From: Felis catus
Taxonomy: Eukaryota
Length of the DNA: 64,000 nucleotides
Reading direction: 5' to 3'
Assembly (NCBI RefSeq): GCF_018350175.1
Contig: NC_058383.1
Location: 992,001-1,056,000 of the forward strand
The position numbers and the translations under genes were made by a program. A model generated the notes under the pieces. The model had not been told where the DNA came from and did not search any database. It saw nothing but the letters and a program-made list of their open reading frames with translations. Positions 59,640-64,000 of the stretch are shown here, in pieces; within the stretch, counting starts at the first letter, position 1; every line of letters starts with the position of its first letter.

Positions 59640-59813
59640 GGGGGATCCTGGGTGCCTCAGTGGGTTAAGCATCCGACCCGATTTCGGCTCGGATCGTGAT
59701 CTCATGGTTTGTGAGACGAGCCCCATGTCGGGCTCTGTGCTGTCAGTGTGCAGCCTGCTTGGGATTCTCGATCTCCCTCTCTCCCTGCCTCTCTTTCTTA
59801 AAAAAAAAAAAAA
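59640..59813 (+). mobile_element. CAN-SINE
   Basis: ggggatcctgggtgcctcagtgggttaagcatccgac head, CT tract and A14 tail, flanked by aaagatgaa on both sides (TSD). Confidence 0.92.
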
Positions 59814-61543
59814 GATGAAGAACCCTTAGCATGAGCAGTGTTTTCAAATCAATACAGAGAAGGTCAACTTTGCAAAAGACCTGGTAAAAAATCTAGAAGC
59901 TGCAAAAGCACATGACCAACATGTACACGGAGAATGACCGTTTGCGGTCATGATCAAAGAAGCTGAAATGAAAGCAACCACGAGCTACCCTCTTCTTGGT
60001 CGTACCAGAAAACACGGAAACCCTAGCACCCAGAGCCGATGTGGGTACTCTCGTGTATGTGAAATAGAGTACACCCACCGTGAAAACATGGAGAACGTGT
60101 CCGCGACGTTCACCGCGAGGCTGTCAGCCTGATTCCTTCCATGTGCTTTTCTCCAGTTTCTCCTTCTTTCTTTTTCACACTGGCCATGTATAACTCAGGA
60201 AAAACAACAAACGTTGCTTTTTTAAAATTCCACTTTGCCGAGTTGCTCTCTGCTGAGCACAAGGAGGCAAAGTTACACACATCTCCCGGGCTGACGGCCG
60301 CAGCAGTGAGGGCATTAGCTATGGCCGGTGGACGGCGGGGCTGGCGGGGGTGGGTGGGGGGGTGGGGGCGGGGAGACTGTTTTCTCTGGCCCAGAATGAC
60401 AATTGCCAGGTCTCCACGGCAGCAGGGAAGCTGATCAGCTTCTAGGTTTTCTGCAATTCTCCAGATGTGACAAGTGATTGGAGAAACCGTGTCTCCACCG
60501 TGGAGACCGTGGGGCACACCGAGGCCGGCCTAACAGACCGCGGACCCGTGCCAGCCAACTCTGAGCGCCGCCCAGTGAAGACCACCACTCTTAAGCCCCT
60601 GGAGAAAAAGGATGTCGCACGCGGGCAGGGCAGACGAGGGCACATCACAGCTGGGCCCGCCAGGGCGGCGCCACCACGAGGCCGGGGCAATACGCCAATA
60701 CCAGCCCACGGCGGTTTCCAAGCCAGGAGCACGTGTCGCCAATCCCCGAGCGGGAAGTTAATTCCCAGGGCGCTTCCGGCTGTCCGCTTTGAAACGTGAG
60801 CACAGACATCAGAACGACTGAAATAACGAACAGAAACACCGAACGCTGGTGAGCGTGCTGAGGAGCTCACCTCGCGCACGGTGACGGCGGGAGCGGAAGG
60901 GAGGAGAGCCGCGTGTTCGGGACGTCAAAAAACGTGCCTTACCAGCCGGCCCGGCCCGCGGCCATGCTCCGGGCATCTCCCCAGAGAAGCGAGCGCTGCT
61001 GCTCGGGGGTGTTCACAGAAGCTTTACCCCCAAAAGCCACGATCTGGAAACGACCCAAATGTCCTTCACTCAGTGGGTGAGTGGTTAGAACGGTAGGGCC
61101 CAAGGGAGCCGTGCAGCGACAGAGCACTTCTAAGCCTTGACCGCGCTGGCGGCTACAGGGATCCAAGCTGTGACAGAACCGCACTCAGACGCAGGCACAC
61201 GCATGGGTGCACGCACACACACACACACGCCAGCACTCGAGCGCACGCAGGAATGTACACACAGGAGCACACCCGCAAGCACGAGCACGGACGCTCGGCA
61301 GCGGCTGGGAGAAGGCCCGTCCCGTCGCGTGGAGAAGGTCCCGTGGTATCATCAGAGGTTGCTAAGGGACCGCCTGGCTCCAGGGGACACAGAGCGGGTG
61401 GAATGGGCCCAGAGCACTAGAAGGGCCTCACAGGGCACCACTTCCAGCCCCCTCCCGGAGGAAGCCTCCCAGCGTGACCCCTAAACGTCCACCCTGTCTC
61501 GGCTGGACTTGCCCAAGGACAGGAGAACTCGCCCGTTTATTAG

Positions 61544-62260
61544 ATGGCTGACTTTCTCAGGGACCGCCTCATCGAGGCCAACATCTACCTCCCTGTGCTT
61601 CCGGCCCCTGTTCCCGGGTGTGACAGAGAGCAGGAGGGAGCGTGCGTGCACGGTACACGGCCCACTGTGACACCGGAAAGCCCCTCCAGCGCTTACAGGC
61701 AGCGTCGGGGACTCGCCGCACCGCCCTGAGGTCAGCTCCTTAAAACGGGCCTCGGGCCCCCGGGCCCCCCCAACCGTCCCACGGCGGCTGAGCAGGGGAG
61801 AACCCAGATGCCCCCTAGCACGCCCGCAGAAGGTTTTGTCCTCTGCGTCACCCGCAGCCTCTGGAACCCTCCGGCGAGCTTCCTCGTGCGGTTTCCGGTC
61901 ACGGCTTCCGGGCTCCGCGGATGTGTATCCGCTTCTCCAGCAAGCTGCAGCCAGCTCAGGCAGCGGCCTCCACGTCCACACAGGACAGAGGAGCCACTCA
62001 GGTGGCCAAAGGGCCCCACGCTTGCACCCTGGACCGCCGGGGCTCGCGTCCAGAAGAGAACACGAGTGCCCGCGCTCAGGAAGCGGCACGTTAGGACCAC
62101 TCTCTCGGTGGTCCAACTTCCCGTCTACATAGATACTAATTTTATATTTCAAACCAAACGTCCTCCTGCCGGTCACAGATGCCGTATTGTTTTCCTAATT
62201 AGCCCTCCGTGTGGCGGTGTCCACGGCCACCTTTCCCCCGCAGCAATGACACAGGGCCGT
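61544..62260 (+). pseudogene. Decayed ZPBP/Sp38-like module J
   Basis: DREQ / SVRARYTAHC, FLVRFPV..G..C...C, VPALRKRHVRTTLSVVQL and a frameshifted VA(C)..ATF.P terminal motif, in ZPBP order. Confidence 0.5.
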
Positions 62261-63215
62261 CATCGGTCCCCGGGACAAACCCAGAGGCCTGCCAAGCCTC
62301 CCAGGGCCCCAGATACGGGCCACCCTTTACCCCAAGTACAATCCCCGGGCTTCCTTTCATACCGTGGAGACCCAGGAACTTGGGGCAGGAAGACCCCTGC
62401 CAGGAAGCACTGCTCCAGAGGCCAGCGCCGGCGCGCCGGACGCCTCGCAGCAGGGGGATGCGCGCTCTGGGCCGAGTCCCCTGTGCCCGCCTATCGGGGT
62501 AAATACACCGCATCTGCACATGGCCGTTTCTTTACGTGCCGTCTGTGTGCTTCTGCCCCCCACGGGCAGCCTGAGCAGCGACGGAGACCACAACGCTGGC
62601 CCGAAAGGAGAGATCTGCCAAGCCCTGATCTGCCTCAGACCCACTCTCTGGCCAGGTGGGGAAAGGATGGCGACCAAAAACACTGACCGAGAGACCAAAA
62701 AATGACCATTTTCATAAAGCGTCAAAGAACTGATGAAACGGGGCATCTGCAGACCCAAACCGAGCGGTACCCAGAAGCTAGTCCCCAGAGACATCGCAGG
62801 ACACGGGGGCCACTCTGCCCCGAGGCCACCCGCCGGTGCCCGGAAGTCAGGGGCTTCGGCTCTGGCCGCCTCCCGGGCTGAGGGGACGGGCTCGGAGGCC
62901 AGGGCCCTCCCCCACCCCCCCCTCACCCCCACCCCCGGCGAGGTGGAGAGCCCAGCGGCAGAGAGCCATCCTGGGCATCCTCAGCCTCTCCACCGTTCCG
63001 GAGCGCCCTTCTGCCGGAGAGCCCCACACGGCCTCCGCGTGGGCTTCGTGTGCTCGGCGCGTGGGAGTGTGCTCTACATGAGTGCTGTGAGTCTGCTATG
63101 CGTGAGTGTGCTCTACAAGTGAGTGTGCTCTGTGCGTGTGAACGTATAAAATGGCGTCCTCCACCAGCTGCGGAGTGTGAAAGCTAAGATTCCGGTGAAG
63201 AACTTCCAAGTCTCT

Positions 63216-63332
63216 GTTTTGCTTTGTTTTGTTTTTTTTTTAATGAAGCAGGTTCCACGCCCAACGTGCACCTCAACTCAGGACCCTGACTGAGGTCAAG
63301 AGTCGCACACTCTGGGCCAGCCAGGTGCTCCT
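63216..63332 (-). mobile_element. Short, older CAN-SINE, antisense
   Basis: T-rich tail, aactcaggaccctga..tcaagagtcgcacactc..gccagccaggtgctcc, flanked by aagtctct. Confidence 0.75.
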
Positions 63333-63480
63333 AAAGTCTCTGGTTTCTTGAGACATTCTCACCTTTTGAGAGAAGTAAGAGCTAAAAAGATGTGTCTGGT
63401 TTTGTAATAGACCTTTATTGTTTTCTTAAGGGGGAGAGTCTACTTCTGGGGGGGGGGGGCAGGGGGAATGAGATTGTTTT

Positions 63481-63521
63481 TTAGGTTTTTTTTTGAGAGA
63501 GAGCGCAAGTGGGGGAGGGGC

Positions 63522-63554
<33 letters not shown>

Positions 63555-63680
63555 CAGAGGATCTGAAGCGGGCTCTGACCGACAGCAGCGAGCCCAATGT
63601 GGGGCTCAAACTCGACAACCGCAAGATCATGACCTAAGCCAAAGTCAGATTTTCAACCGACTAGGCCACCCAGGCACCCC
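63481..63680 (-). mobile_element. CAN-SINE (felid type), antisense, containing (GACA)n
   Basis: caaccgactaggccacccaggcacccc head (reverse) and ggggctcaaactc B-box region. TSD gagattgtttt at 63470-63480 and 63684-63694. Confidence 0.93.
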
Positions 63681-64000
63681 TGAGAGATTGTTTTTAATCA
63701 TGTACAGACGTTAAATTTCACCCAGTGCTCCGCACGCATGTACTGAGATGAAAACAGCCGCAGACACAGGTCCTTTCTGTTTGTATGGAAACACCCAAGC
63801 CGAGATCCGGCCTGTGCCAGGTTGCCCTCTGGTGCCAATCCAATTGCCGTTCGCCTCTTACTGCAAATGGGAGGAAGTCGGCGAGAGACACTCCCTACTT
63901 CCAAGGTCACAACTCGTCCATCATTGGGTTTTCTCACATTCTGTGTGATTTTTCCACCCCAACAGCTACCGCTGGCTGTAAACCCAGACGCTAAGCGACA

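Noticed and set aside
1..64000. miR-339, known from the C7orf50 intron in human
   Set aside because: Mature sequence not spotted on either strand by eye; probably upstream of the window.

Overview
Very GC- and CpG-rich mammalian genomic DNA. The felid-type CAN-SINEs point to a cat-family carnivore. The window holds two intact class A GPCR genes on the + strand, each with its whole CDS in one exon: GPR146 (11178-12179) and GPER1 (ATG 41289-42368). By synteny with human 7p22.3 both should lie in a large intron of the minus-strand gene C7orf50/CHLSN, but no exon of that gene is recognisable here. The rest is SINEs, old L1/MIR/MLT relics and G/C-rich low-complexity sequence. Most computed ORFs are GC-content artefacts. 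The main unexplained signal is a series of at least 7-10 decayed + strand protein-like segments between about 16.3 kb and 62.3 kb, on both sides of and inside GPER1. Their motifs recur in the order seen in zona pellucida-binding proteins ZPBP1/ZPBP2 (Ig-like domain plus Sp38 region), suggesting the relic of a multi-module ZPBP-like gene. This call comes from by-eye comparison with sequences recalled from memory and needs computational confirmation. Separately, the codon matching the human GPER1 start is ACG here, preceded by a uORF in strong Kozak context.
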